From a virus (lineage: Duplodnaviria; Caudoviricetes): a stretch of 64,000 bases of DNA. The stretch is from positions 32,001 through 96,000 of IMG/VR virus record IMGVR_UViG_3300020399_000132; one strand, written 5' to 3'. The position numbers and the translations under genes were made by a program. A model generated the notes under the pieces. The model saw only the letters and a program-made list of their open reading frames with translations. It was not told the origin of the DNA and ran no database searches. This document shows, piece by piece, positions 19,682 through 29,253 of this stretch. Position 1 is the first letter of the stretch. Each line of letters opens with the position of its first letter.

Positions 19682-20146
19682 TTAAAATCCTAACTGCTGC
19701 AATTCTCTAATACTATCTCTTGCAGATGTATGTAAGATTGCAATGCCGCCTTTTGACTTCCAATCGGCTACGTTTCGTTCAGAATCATCAATTAAAATAT
19801 TCGGAGATAAATTTTCTTCAACGGCATAATATAGTTTTTCTCTCTGAAAAACACAATGAATCCTTACGGGAAATATTTTATAATATTTAAAAATCCATTG
19901 CATTTTTTGCACGCGACATTCAGGAAAACCAGAGTCGTTAGGAATCGCGGTCAAAACATGCCAATCAAATTGTCCGGAAATATGATTTATTAATTCATCC
20001 GCATCGGGCATTTTGGGAAGAGAAAAGAAAAAATCTTCGGGGAGAAGTTCCCATCTGTTTGCCCATTCTTTTTTAGTATTAAATTTGTCAATGATGGGTT
20101 TATCAAAATCTGATAAAACACCATCCATATCAATAAAAACTTTCAT
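19682..20146 (-). CDS. HAD-family 5'(3')-deoxyribonucleotidase
   Basis: FIDMDGVLSDF, LTA, ILIDDSERN. Confidence 0.85.
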   Translation of the reverse strand: MKVFIDMDGVLSDFDKPIIDKFNTKKEWANRWELLPEDFFFSLPKMPDADELINHISGQFDWHVLTAIPNDSGFPECRVQKMQWIFKYYKIFPVRIHCVFQREKLYYAVEENLSPNILIDDSERNVADWKSKGGIAILHTSARDSIRELQQLGF

Positions 20147-20148
20147 AA

Positions 20149-20361
20149 TTAATCGTATATAAAATTCATTTCGCCTTCAAGGCCTACTTTTTCTTTATAT
20201 GCTTTATCAAGAATATCCTCTAACCAAAGTTTACCTGTAAATGCCGGAGCATTTTCAATCTCTTTCCACACTTCTTGAATCGCAGTAACACCTAATGATT
20301 CAGTATGTTTTTCAAGAACCTTAACACACTCATCAACATATTTTTCAAATGTTGTTTTCAT
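20149..20361 (-). CDS. Hypothetical protein
   Basis: 70-aa ORF with GAGGG SD and its own sigma70-type promoter. Confidence 0.6.
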   Translation of the reverse strand: MKTTFEKYVDECVKVLEKHTESLGVTAIQEVWKEIENAPAFTGKLWLEDILDKAYKEKVGLEGEMNFIYD

Positions 20362-20371
20362 AATACCCTCT

Positions 20372-20400
20372 ATTATACATCATTAATAAGAAAATTTCAA
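20372..20400 (-). promoter_or_regulatory. Sigma70-type promoter
   Basis: TTGAAA-17 nt-TATAAT on the minus strand. Confidence 0.6.
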
Positions 20401-20409
20401 CAAAAAAAT

Positions 20410-22374
20410 TTAAATCAAATCTACAACCTCACATCCACCATCACTTCCACAAGCTTGTGTTTGTGCTCCGGCTGTATGATCTTCTTTTTCATAATCACTT
20501 AATTTATCCCAATTTACATTTTTGGGCATTTTTAATAATAATTCTTTATACTGTTCTTCATCACAATCTTGATAAGGAGCTTGTTTATATGTATGTTCAC
20601 TAAATGGTAAAAATGAAATACCGCTAATAGAATCAAAATTTTCCCAAACCCATGAACCCACAACCATCCATTCGTGTTCTTTAACTGATACTGTAATAGA
20701 TGGTTTATGTTCACACCAATGATCTTGATATATTTTCCACAATTCTAATTGATCTATAGCTGTCATATCCGTTCTACATATAGCCCCTTTTGGACTTTTT
20801 TGTGGAAAAGAAAATACTGCAGTATGAGTTGGTTTTGTTATATCTGGTTCATTTGGAAATTTGGCATCTTTCATAAACTTACATAAAGGATCTTTATTAT
20901 CCGCTCTTACTGTGCGGATGTAATAAGGATTATGTCGAGCATGAATACCAGAAGAACTATCAACCAGCTGAGATACCGTTCCAGAAGGTTTGATACAAGT
21001 AATTGCCGCTGATCTTGGGATACCGAGTTTAGTAGACCATTCTTTATTTGTTTCAATAGCGACATTTCGGAGCTCCTCTAAAAGTTTGCCAGTTTTTTCT
21101 TTTCCTTTTTTTCCATTTGTTAATTCGTTATCCATTATTCCGGTAAGAGACACTCCCAAAAGTCGTTCTTCCTCACAATTTCTGGCCCATTCTTTGGTGA
21201 TGTATTTGAAGTTAATGAGCGTTGATTGGAATGTTCCAAGTATGGTAGCATTGCGAACTTTATCTTTGAGAGATTGGCGAGTGTCCCGTCCTCGGACAAC
21301 GACTTCAGATAAGTTGCAAAATTCCCGTGACCGTAAAATGATCTCGCTGCACGGATTTGTACCAAAGTCTTCTCTGGGATCTCGTCTTCGAATAAATCCT
21401 CCATGTTCATCATCTTGTTCCCTTTCATTTAGTTTTTGAACTTGTCGATTAGCTGAATCTCCATTATATATTCCTCGCTCTCCAGATTTTGAATCATAAA
21501 GAGATAACCACTCTCTCATAAAAGTACCAACATCTGGTTTTTCTTTATAATTAACAGAATTATTTGCTAAAGCACGTTGAACATTAAATTTATACCATTC
21601 CCCATGTTTTGCGAATCGCATTTCACGATCATTAAGATCACTAAGGCTGATAAGAGCACTTCTTCGAACACCACCCACAACAACTACTTCTGCTGTCTTA
21701 CAAATAATATCATGACATTCAATTGGTTTAAGTTGTCTTCCCGCGGCAGTTGTAAACATTCCCGTTACAAAATTAAATAAATCTACTAACGGTTCCGGGC
21801 CTGAAGCTCTACCTCCAAATGTTTTTAAAGGCATGCCTGCAGCCCTTACTTTACTCATATCCCATTTAGGAGAAAGTCCTTGATATAATAATGAAACTAA
21901 TTCTTTAAAAGCCTTGCACCAACCCAATTTACTATCTGCAACTACTATGGTAGTATCTGTGGGAAAAAATTCTTCCGCGATAACTGGCATTTGTTTTGTG
22001 TATTCTTCTTCAACAGAAAAACCAACACCTGTTCCGTTCATTAAAACATACATAACTTCATCAAACGTTCTTTGATTATCACATTTTAAATACGAACAAT
22101 TATATCCAGCAACATTTTCTTTTTTGAGAGGTTCACCAGCCGTCATTAGGCACCGCATAGATGGCATAACTTCTAAATTTAAAACTGATTCTTCTAATTC
22201 TTTTCTTTCTTCATCAGAAAAATTATAATCGCATTTCTCTTTTAAATCTTCTTTAAAAAAATCAAAATATCTTCCAATTGTTTCGGACCATTTTTCTCTT
22301 CTCTCTTCATTATACTTCCATCTCGCATATCTTGAAAGATGTATAAATGATTGATATTCTGTGGGCAGGCTCAT
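20410..22374 (-). CDS. nrdJ: Class II adenosylcobalamin-dependent ribonucleotide reductase
   Basis: PSMR, GYNC, GTGVG, VGGVRRSA, TNPCSEI, FCNLSE, IKPSGTVSQL, and C-terminal CGSDGGC redox pair; no nrdB adjacent. Confidence 0.92.
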   Translation of the reverse strand: MSLPTEYQSFIHLSRYARWKYNEERREKWSETIGRYFDFFKEDLKEKCDYNFSDEERKELEESVLNLEVMPSMRCLMTAGEPLKKENVAGYNCSYLKCDNQRTFDEVMYVLMNGTGVGFSVEEEYTKQMPVIAEEFFPTDTTIVVADSKLGWCKAFKELVSLLYQGLSPKWDMSKVRAAGMPLKTFGGRASGPEPLVDLFNFVTGMFTTAAGRQLKPIECHDIICKTAEVVVVGGVRRSALISLSDLNDREMRFAKHGEWYKFNVQRALANNSVNYKEKPDVGTFMREWLSLYDSKSGERGIYNGDSANRQVQKLNEREQDDEHGGFIRRRDPREDFGTNPCSEIILRSREFCNLSEVVVRGRDTRQSLKDKVRNATILGTFQSTLINFKYITKEWARNCEEERLLGVSLTGIMDNELTNGKKGKEKTGKLLEELRNVAIETNKEWSTKLGIPRSAAITCIKPSGTVSQLVDSSSGIHARHNPYYIRTVRADNKDPLCKFMKDAKFPNEPDITKPTHTAVFSFPQKSPKGAICRTDMTAIDQLELWKIYQDHWCEHKPSITVSVKEHEWMVVGSWVWENFDSISGISFLPFSEHTYKQAPYQDCDEEQYKELLLKMPKNVNWDKLSDYEKEDHTAGAQTQACGSDGGCEVVDLI

Positions 22375-22388
22375 TCATTTTCCTTATG

Positions 22389-23186
22389 TTAAATTTTTTC
22401 TAGGAATTCTTTTTGTTCTCGTTTTGATAGCCCTTCAAGGGCAAATGCTTTACTATCTGCTAATTCATACTTTATTACTTCCATTTCCTGTTTAGAAAAT
22501 GTAACGGCATCTTTATCATAATCTTCAAATGCCTCACAGCACAAAGGAAATTCAGGTTTAACTAACTGATACATTGCCGTAGTATAATCTTGAGTTTCTT
22601 TCTGTGTATGATTATCCATTCTTAATTTACAAAAATGGAAAAAATTGTGTAAATCTATTTTCCAAATAACTTCAGTATAATTACCTACTGGCAGCACAGA
22701 TCTAGCTAATTCTCGAGCTAAATCAAGATCTAATAAATTGTGATAGGAGTGAATGGCATTATCATATATGCGATTAAATTCGAATTTAACAAGGCCTTTT
22801 TGCTCAATGTCTTCACCTCTACCCTGATTGTTTTGGGTCGATTGTTTTTGTATATCATCGTCATGAGGAACGTAAAAGTCTTCACTCATCAACGAATATC
22901 GACCTGAATATTCATTTAAATTCGCCGTCCGATGCCGAACTATTTGTCTCATAACAAAGATGGGTAATTTTAAATAGAATTTTACTTCACACATTTCAAA
23001 AGGAGATGTGTGTTTATGTCTCATTAAATATCGAATTAAATTACGCGTCTCACTAACTTTTTTTGTGCCTTTGCCATAACTTATTCGTGCTGCGTCGACT
23101 ACATCGTCATCACTTCCCATAATATCTAATAATCTAACTAGTCCATCTTCATGAACTTTCACCTCTTCATTCATATTCTTTTCCAC
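22389..23186 (-). CDS. thyX: Flavin-dependent thymidylate synthase
   Basis: AARISY, HTSPFE, RHRTANLNEYSGRY, ELARSVLP. Confidence 0.95.
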   Translation of the reverse strand: MEKNMNEEVKVHEDGLVRLLDIMGSDDDVVDAARISYGKGTKKVSETRNLIRYLMRHKHTSPFEMCEVKFYLKLPIFVMRQIVRHRTANLNEYSGRYSLMSEDFYVPHDDDIQKQSTQNNQGRGEDIEQKGLVKFEFNRIYDNAIHSYHNLLDLDLARELARSVLPVGNYTEVIWKIDLHNFFHFCKLRMDNHTQKETQDYTTAMYQLVKPEFPLCCEAFEDYDKDAVTFSKQEMEVIKYELADSKAFALEGLSKREQKEFLEKI

Positions 23187-24169
23187 TGGTTAAATTTTAT
23201 TCTTGCGGGAAGGCCGCGATAAGTATTCATATTTATTATATCAATAATCTCCAAAATTTCTATTTCACCTATGACCATATCATTAATATCTTTAAATTTA
23301 ACTGTGTCCGGCCATATGCAAACCGCGAATCCCTTTTTAATAGATTTTTCAATTTTTAGTACAATTTCAGTATTTCTTGGTTCATTATCATATACAAAAA
23401 CAACGTTCTTAGCATAAAACATACTAACATCATCTAAATCGCTGCCGGCCATGGCAAGAGAATTTGGAAGAAACATGCTATCAAACGGGCCTTCAACAAT
23501 GTATATTAATTCATCTTCTTTTATTTTATCTAATCCGAATATTTTTGTGGCGCTCTTATCTATTTTAATAGTAAAATATCTTAATGTATTATTTTCTAAA
23601 CTTCTACCCTGAGCAGCAATTAGTTTTCGATCTTTACTAAAAAATGGAATAATTATTCTGGGGTCGTTTTCTTTTAATCGTGCGGCTAAATCTACATCAT
23701 ATTTGCTTACCCAACTTTTAAAACAATTCGCAAAGTATAAATCACTATAGCGCTCTTTGGGTAACAGTCTTACATCACAAAATTTTACAGCTGGATGATC
23801 TGGTTCTAAATCAGTTAATCTTGGTGCATCTATTTTTGAAAAAACAGGTTTTCTAAAAATAGGAACTTTTTCTTGTTGTACTGGCTCACCTTTTTCTTCC
23901 TTATAATTTTCAAACGAATATTGTCTTGATAATGTGGGATCTAATTTGTCTAATAAAAATTTTAATGATCCACCAATACCGCAATTATGACATTTAAAAA
24001 TTAAACTATTTTTTTTATTGAAAAGATATCCTCTTGCCTTATATAAATTTTTTTGAGAATCTCCACATATTGGACATCTAAAATTATATAAGTCTCTGGA
24101 TTTCCGGGCAAAACGAGATAGGCGAGAAGAAAGTAAATTCGTGTACTTATGGTCAATATATAGACTCAT
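23171..24169 (-). CDS. gp61: DNA primase (T4 gp61)
   Basis: CPICGDS...CHNC zinc finger, QGRSL, TOPRIM VEGPFDS, DNEPRN, KDINDM. Confidence 0.93.
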   Translation of the reverse strand: MSLYIDHKYTNLLSSRLSRFARKSRDLYNFRCPICGDSQKNLYKARGYLFNKKNSLIFKCHNCGIGGSLKFLLDKLDPTLSRQYSFENYKEEKGEPVQQEKVPIFRKPVFSKIDAPRLTDLEPDHPAVKFCDVRLLPKERYSDLYFANCFKSWVSKYDVDLAARLKENDPRIIIPFFSKDRKLIAAQGRSLENNTLRYFTIKIDKSATKIFGLDKIKEDELIYIVEGPFDSMFLPNSLAMAGSDLDDVSMFYAKNVVFVYDNEPRNTEIVLKIEKSIKKGFAVCIWPDTVKFKDINDMVIGEIEILEIIDIINMNTYRGLPARIKFNQWKRI

Positions 24170-24204
24170 TGTGCTCTATATTTTAGAGTTTAATTTAATA
24201 ATAT

Positions 24205-24233
24205 ATTATAGTATGATTTAAAAGAAATGTCAA
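24205..24233 (-). promoter_or_regulatory. Sigma70-type promoter for the primase/thyX/nrdJ operon
   Basis: Perfect TTGACA-17 nt-TATAAT. Confidence 0.8.
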
Positions 24234-24234
24234 G

Positions 24235-24263
24235 AAAAAAAAAGGGACCAAAAGTCCCTTTTT
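24235..24263 (-). terminator. Intrinsic terminator ending the late-gene block
   Basis: GGGAC-ttttg-GTCCC followed by U9 on the minus strand; A/T tracts on both sides. Confidence 0.8.
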
Positions 24264-24280
24264 ACTTGCCGAGGATTTTA

Positions 24281-24616
24281 TTAAGAATTTTTAAATATTC
24301 TTATAATTTTCATAATTTCTACACCAGCATTAATTGCTTCTTCAACTATTACTTCAAGATCTTCTGTAAGATCTTGTACTCCAAATTCATCTTTAACAAA
24401 TTGAATTAATTCTGCGAATTCGGCATCATCAAAATCTTGTAATTCAACTAAAACATCTTCAACGTGATCTATAGTTGATCCTAACCTTTTCAAAGGATCA
24501 ATAAACTTCTTTGCATCAGACCACCCAATATCACTTGTTTCCATTGCGGTAACAGATACTTCACTTAATGCAAAAACGAAAGCTAAAACATCTTTCGTTT
24601 CTTGTATTCCTGCCAT
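24281..24616 (-). CDS. Hypothetical acidic protein
   Basis: 111-aa ORF with AAAGG SD. Confidence 0.65.
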   Translation of the reverse strand: MAGIQETKDVLAFVFALSEVSVTAMETSDIGWSDAKKFIDPLKRLGSTIDHVEDVLVELQDFDDAEFAELIQFVKDEFGVQDLTEDLEVIVEEAINAGVEIMKIIRIFKNS

Positions 24617-24627
24617 AATATACCTTT

Positions 24628-25320
24628 CTAAATGTTATGATCGGGGTGCGAAGGAAAAATTCTTCTTTGTTCCCCAATTCCCATAGGTTCAAGTCTTTTT
24701 AAAACTTCCCCTTTCTTCTTCTTTTTTCTTACGGGTGGATCATCGCCAGCTTCTGCACTTCCTGCGATTCCACCTGCGGCCATAGACATGGCTGGAGCAT
24801 CTTCTTTAACTTCCTTATGTTTAAGAAAATCTTTAACCATTTGAAGATCCATATCATGTAATTTTTTCCAATTTGGGTCATCAACCCATTTAATACCTAC
24901 TTCACGATCAGCTTCCATATCGCCTTCTGCTAGAAAATCTCCTTCTCCCCACTCATGAAGTATATCTTCATATAAATTTGAAAATTTTTCTTCCAATATT
25001 TTTTCATCTGCTAATATTTTTAGATTTTTTTCTTCGCGAAGGAGTAATAAAGCTGCGGCATAGGTAGCTATTGTTGTTTTTCCAAAAGGTATCTTACCTA
25101 ACAATTTTTTCAAATTGAAGATAAGAGTATCCATCATAGTATAGGCATTTCTTTGTTCTATAGTAGTAAAGTCTCTTTTTTTAATGAGAACTTTACCATT
25201 CTTATCGATAATACCTAACTTATAAGCATCTGTTTTTTCAAATTTGGTAACTAATCGTTTTAGGAAGGAAAATAGAAAATATAATTCTGAACCCTGTATT
25301 AATACATTTTTTAAACCCAT
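24628..25320 (-). CDS. Conserved T4-like hypothetical protein
   Basis: FLKRLVTKFEKTDAYKLGIIDKNG and YAAALLLLRE pattern. Confidence 0.65.
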   Translation of the reverse strand: MGLKNVLIQGSELYFLFSFLKRLVTKFEKTDAYKLGIIDKNGKVLIKKRDFTTIEQRNAYTMMDTLIFNLKKLLGKIPFGKTTIATYAAALLLLREEKNLKILADEKILEEKFSNLYEDILHEWGEGDFLAEGDMEADREVGIKWVDDPNWKKLHDMDLQMVKDFLKHKEVKEDAPAMSMAAGGIAGSAEAGDDPPVRKKKKKGEVLKRLEPMGIGEQRRIFPSHPDHNI

Positions 25321-25327
25321 GAAAATC

Positions 25328-25720
25328 CTATAACCATCTTAATTGCTTTACTACGTGTTGATCTAGTGTTATATCACTTTCTCTGATATTTGCACCTCTT
25401 ATACTGGGGACAACTTTTGGCATTCTTTTTAAATATATTAAAAAAGGTTTTAACACATGCCAACTATTTTCATCAATTTTATAAAATAATATTCGAGTCG
25501 CGGCTTCGTTCTCGAATAAATTATATATCATAATCAAGTGGTTAAGAATTAATCTTTGTTTTAATTCATGAGTTGTTAGATAATGATTTAAAAGCCTTTT
25601 TAAATATTTAAACCTTTTCATATCATCTCTATAATCCTCGGTACCGATACATTGAGGATTATCGTAAAACTTCATGCAATATAATTCTATATTATTCTCA
25701 TTTATATCATTAAAATTCAC
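25328..25720 (-). CDS. Conserved T4-like hypothetical protein
   Basis: YDNPQC...DMKRFKYLKRLL...RLILNHLI pattern. Confidence 0.7.
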   Translation of the reverse strand: MNFNDINENNIELYCMKFYDNPQCIGTEDYRDDMKRFKYLKRLLNHYLTTHELKQRLILNHLIMIYNLFENEAATRILFYKIDENSWHVLKPFLIYLKRMPKVVPSIRGANIRESDITLDQHVVKQLRWL

Positions 25721-25932
25721 TTTTTCACTTTTTTCACTTTATCAGTATCTTTTTCTTTATTTTCAATCATACTTAAATAATGATTCGAAACTTGAATTGC
25801 ACCGTCAAGAGAAGAAAGCGTCCGATCCAATTGTTTAATTTCGTCAGACGCTTGATCTAATCTTGTTTGAACTTGCAATCTATCTTTTTGTAAGAAGTCT
25901 AATTGCTTTTCAATTTCACCTTTATCTATCAT
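25717..25932 (-). CDS. Small coiled-coil protein
   Basis: Heptad pattern ending LDGAIQ; similar architecture to 27614..27856. Confidence 0.6.
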   Translation of the reverse strand: MIDKGEIEKQLDFLQKDRLQVQTRLDQASDEIKQLDRTLSSLDGAIQVSNHYLSMIENKEKDTDKVKKVKK

Positions 25933-25953
25933 AATATAACCATTAATTAAATG

Positions 25954-26673
25954 TTAAGCAACGTCGTCCCAAAGTAAAAGATACTTAGTCAAGCCAGATA
26001 CACATACTTTTATAGCACCATTTGCTGGTCCGGTATTTGTACTAACAGTATTTTCACCGGTAGTTAAAAATGGTCCAACATTAGCACCAGGTGCAGCACT
26101 ATATCCACCTCCTGGAGTTGCATCCCAAGCAAAGGCAACATTTTGTGAAGTGCCTGTTAATGTGCTTGAAACATCAAACTTAATGAATGCGGTAGGACTC
26201 GCGCTAGGCGAAGCATAAGTATTAGCATGAGATAAAATCATGACATATGAATTACCAGAATCGGCACTATCCCACGTATTTAAATCAAGTGTGGCTCTCG
26301 TGGCTGATGTTTCTGCGGTAAAGGCAACATTAGCATCATGTATTAAAACTTTTGCGGAAGAAGCCGTTAAAGTTCCAACATTAGCCTGAGTTGCTCCCGT
26401 GCCCATAGGTGAAACACAGATTTGCGATGTAGTAATATTATCAAAAACATCGGTAGATGAAGGTGAAATATTAGCGGTATGCAAAGTTTTGTGAACTATT
26501 TCTTCAGTAGCCGCTGCTGTACCAGTGACGGTATGAGTAACGTTTGCTAAGAAATCTTTAACTGTGAGTTTCTTGTTCACAGGTGATCCACTTGGATCAT
26601 CTATAATATGAAGTAAATCTTCGGACGCCGCTTCTGACGCGGGCGTTAATGCGGTTATTTTCTTATCAGCCAT
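25954..26673 (-). CDS. Probable virion structural/fibre protein
   Basis: [10 protein letters not shown]-terminus, Ala/Thr/Ser/Gly-rich; late-promoter motif and AAGGAG SD. Confidence 0.65.
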   Translation of the reverse strand: MADKKITALTPASEAASEDLLHIIDDPSGSPVNKKLTVKDFLANVTHTVTGTAAATEEIVHKTLHTANISPSSTDVFDNITTSQICVSPMGTGATQANVGTLTASSAKVLIHDANVAFTAETSATRATLDLNTWDSADSGNSYVMILSHANTYASPSASPTAFIKFDVSSTLTGTSQNVAFAWDATPGGGYSAAPGANVGPFLTTGENTVSTNTGPANGAIKVCVSGLTKYLLLWDDVA

Positions 26674-26684
26674 TTTTCTCCTTG

Positions 26685-26762
26685 CTGGCTTTTGCAGTGG
26701 GACTCACCACCAGTTAAAATCATGCTGAGAATCGCTCTTGCGAAGGGTCTGTTCTCAGACAT
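26685..26762 (-). promoter_or_regulatory. Structured 5' leader RNA (two hairpins) upstream of the fibre gene
   Basis: ATG(T)CTGAGAA..TCGC-AAGA-GCGA-TTCTCAGCAT hairpin, then CTGGT..GCCAG hairpin ending just before the SD. Confidence 0.5.
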
Positions 26763-26767
26763 CCAAA

Positions 26768-26774
26768 TATTTAT
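26768..26774 (-). promoter_or_regulatory. T4-type late promoter
   Basis: ATAAATA overlapping the upstream stop codon. Confidence 0.5.
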
Positions 26775-27613
26775 GATACCAATCCTAAGCGTTCTAATTC
26801 ATCTATAATGTCCGCGGCAGTTGTTGCGCCGGCGACAAAAGTAGAATTAGCTGCAACAGGAGCTGTACCATAAAATCCAACTATATCGGTCGCGCTTCCT
26901 ATTTGTACGCCACCTCTAAATCTCATTACTGTAGTATTAGCGGAAATATACATATCTTTTTCGACACCATCTTCGAGTGCCATATCAATGCCAGATTCTA
27001 ATTGCATATTTCCGGTTTCAGAAAAGTTACTAGTAAAAGAACCATTATCTGGAACGCTATCTTCTATTAGTAGACTACCTTGAAAATCAATTCTTGATTC
27101 TATTAAACCAACAATTTGCCATCGATCGGTCGCCTTATGGCCGGTAACTGTATCAAATTTAATACTAACGCCATTGGCAAGGGCTTGATTAGTTCCATCA
27201 ATATCAACAGTTGTCGCGCCGGATGAAGTATCTCCATCTCTCCACCATTTAAAAGTGTCATTGGCGGTTATGGAAGTACCATCAATTTCAACATGCCATA
27301 CTGAATTTTCTTCTAAATCAAGGGTTCCTAAAATAACTGTTAAATCATCAACTTCACCTTTTATTATTTCAGGTTGTAAAGCAGTTTTAGAATTTCTTAA
27401 ATTTATGTCTCTGGCAACATTTGTATCAGCGCGGGATTGAATTTTATTAGCAACACTTCTTGTGGTTTTATCCGTAGATAAAGCTGATAATAAATTATCT
27501 AACCTTATCTTTTTATTAACTGGATTACCAATTGGATCATCTACTATGATTAATAAATCTTCGGAGGTAGGCGATTCATGAGTATTCAAAGCTGGTATAG
27601 TTTTGTCTGCCAT
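26771..27613 (-). CDS. Probable virion structural/fibre protein
   Basis: N-terminal ~42 aa paralogous to 25954..26673 (EDLL.I.DDP.G.PVNKK); beta-rich. Confidence 0.65.
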   Translation of the reverse strand: MADKTIPALNTHESPTSEDLLIIVDDPIGNPVNKKIRLDNLLSALSTDKTTRSVANKIQSRADTNVARDINLRNSKTALQPEIIKGEVDDLTVILGTLDLEENSVWHVEIDGTSITANDTFKWWRDGDTSSGATTVDIDGTNQALANGVSIKFDTVTGHKATDRWQIVGLIESRIDFQGSLLIEDSVPDNGSFTSNFSETGNMQLESGIDMALEDGVEKDMYISANTTVMRFRGGVQIGSATDIVGFYGTAPVAANSTFVAGATTAADIIDELERLGLVS

Positions 27614-27856
27614 TTATTTCTTCGATTCTGGTTCAAGTTCTTTCAGTTCGGGTACTTCAACGTCCACAGATTCAGCTGTCGTTAAAATATCATCGCAAGC
27701 ACTAATTGCACCTGCGTAAGCTTGTATATTAGCTTTTGTTTGCTCAACTTCTTGAAGCTGCTGCGAAAGCTGTTTTTCAAACTCGACTTTCGCAGCTACA
27801 TGTTGATTGCGTTTTTCAACAATTGTGCTCACATTTATATTTTCAATATATTCCAT
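27614..27856 (-). CDS. Small coiled-coil protein
   Basis: Heptad pattern ending YAGAIS. Confidence 0.6.
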   Translation of the reverse strand: MEYIENINVSTIVEKRNQHVAAKVEFEKQLSQQLQEVEQTKANIQAYAGAISACDDILTTAESVDVEVPELKELEPESKK

Positions 27857-27870
27857 AATTTAATTAATTA

Positions 27871-28464
27871 TTAAGCAACTGTAATTTGTGAATAACCAAT
27901 TGCTGTTTTAACTGCTGCAGTTAACCTACCTGATGCTAATTCTAGGGCAGTTCCTGATACTGCATCTTTTAGATCTGATCGATTACCCATTGATACATTA
28001 GCCGCAAGATCATAAGTTGTTGCTTGTGAACTTGTTGCGGTAAACCTTAACACGTTTCCTGATACGCCGTCAGCTATTGCTGTTCCAGAAATATGTGTGA
28101 CAGTTGCAGTTACGTTTGAACCAGCTCCTGCTGTGAGTAACAGAGTCGCGGCCGAACCAGCTGTATAAGTTATACGTTCATCATAGGCAATTTCAAATAC
28201 GATATTACCTGCAGAACCGTGTGCTGTAGAAGTCACAATTCTATGATTTGACATTGTTGGATGTTTCAATCCTACGGATGCAGTTGCACCAGCGAGACCG
28301 CCAATTGCAACTAAAATTTCTGGTGCGTCACTTCCCGGAAGTTTAGTTTCCCAACCTCGATTAGTTGCGTAGACCCCAGTTTTGTCATACGTATGACCTG
28401 CCGAATCGGGCAACCATTTAGGTTTATTGGAAGCCGCATCGTGAGTTGTTCCCCATAAAGGCAT
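27871..28464 (-). CDS. Probable virion structural protein
   Basis: MPLWG N-terminus, Ala/Thr/Gly-rich; TATAAATA and AAGGAG upstream. Confidence 0.65.
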   Translation of the reverse strand: MPLWGTTHDAASNKPKWLPDSAGHTYDKTGVYATNRGWETKLPGSDAPEILVAIGGLAGATASVGLKHPTMSNHRIVTSTAHGSAGNIVFEIAYDERITYTAGSAATLLLTAGAGSNVTATVTHISGTAIADGVSGNVLRFTATSSQATTYDLAANVSMGNRSDLKDAVSGTALELASGRLTAAVKTAIGYSQITVA

Positions 28465-28494
28465 CTTGTTCTCCTTAATTTGTTAGTTATTTAA

Positions 28495-28502
28495 TATTTA
28501 TA
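28495..28502 (-). promoter_or_regulatory. T4 late promoter
   Basis: TATAAATA 30 nt upstream of the ATG at 28464. Confidence 0.6.
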
Positions 28503-29241
28503 ATAATTTTTTAAATTCATTTATAGATATTGTATCTATATTAGAAATTTCTTTATTAAAACACCATTCTTCCTGAACATGAATAAAGTCAACTTCAGGA
28601 AAATAATCTGTAAATATTACTTCAAAATTCTGAATCCATCCTTTTGCCTTGACGGGTAAAGCATAACTCGGAGCATAACAATAAGTATCTTTATATATAT
28701 TATTTACTTTTCCATTATTTATGTTAAAATCAAAACCCATTAAATAAACCTTGTCGGGTTTTTCATTCTCACAACATAGCCAAGTCGCAAGAGGTCCTGA
28801 ATCTAACAAAGGTATATGTTTTAAATCATCAACTACATTTATCTTATCTTCTTCCGATATCCATGTGAACCAATAGCATGGTTTTTCTTGTAAATCCATT
28901 GTATGGGTATCATCATGAAAAACTCTACTAATTTCTTGTCCGTAATGCGCGAATTTATAATCTGTTTTTTTATTCTCTATTACTTTTATTCCGGGCTCTA
29001 ACGTTGACCGAAAAACTGGATACATATCTGGATCCAGTAACTGAAAATTTCTAAACCAGCATTGTTGTAACTTAGGATAATCAGAAGTAACAAGTTCATG
29101 TAACATCTTATTATCTATGCATATAAGATTAGTTGGAGTCCAATCTCTATACATCGCATTGCAACCATATGTTATATGATTTAATAATAAATCTAAATTA
29201 AATTCTTTACGACTTTCACCGTTTCCTATCACTACATACAT
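28498..29241 (-). CDS. Hypothetical protein with Maf/sialyltransferase-like Rossmann motifs
   Basis: VIGNGESR, YGCNAMYRD, DSGPLA, YLMGFD. Confidence 0.6.
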   Translation of the reverse strand: MYVVIGNGESRKEFNLDLLLNHITYGCNAMYRDWTPTNLICIDNKMLHELVTSDYPKLQQCWFRNFQLLDPDMYPVFRSTLEPGIKVIENKKTDYKFAHYGQEISRVFHDDTHTMDLQEKPCYWFTWISEEDKINVVDDLKHIPLLDSGPLATWLCCENEKPDKVYLMGFDFNINNGKVNNIYKDTYCYAPSYALPVKAKGWIQNFEVIFTDYFPEVDFIHVQEEWCFNKEISNIDTISINEFKKLL

Positions 29242-29253
29242 TACTATATTTTA

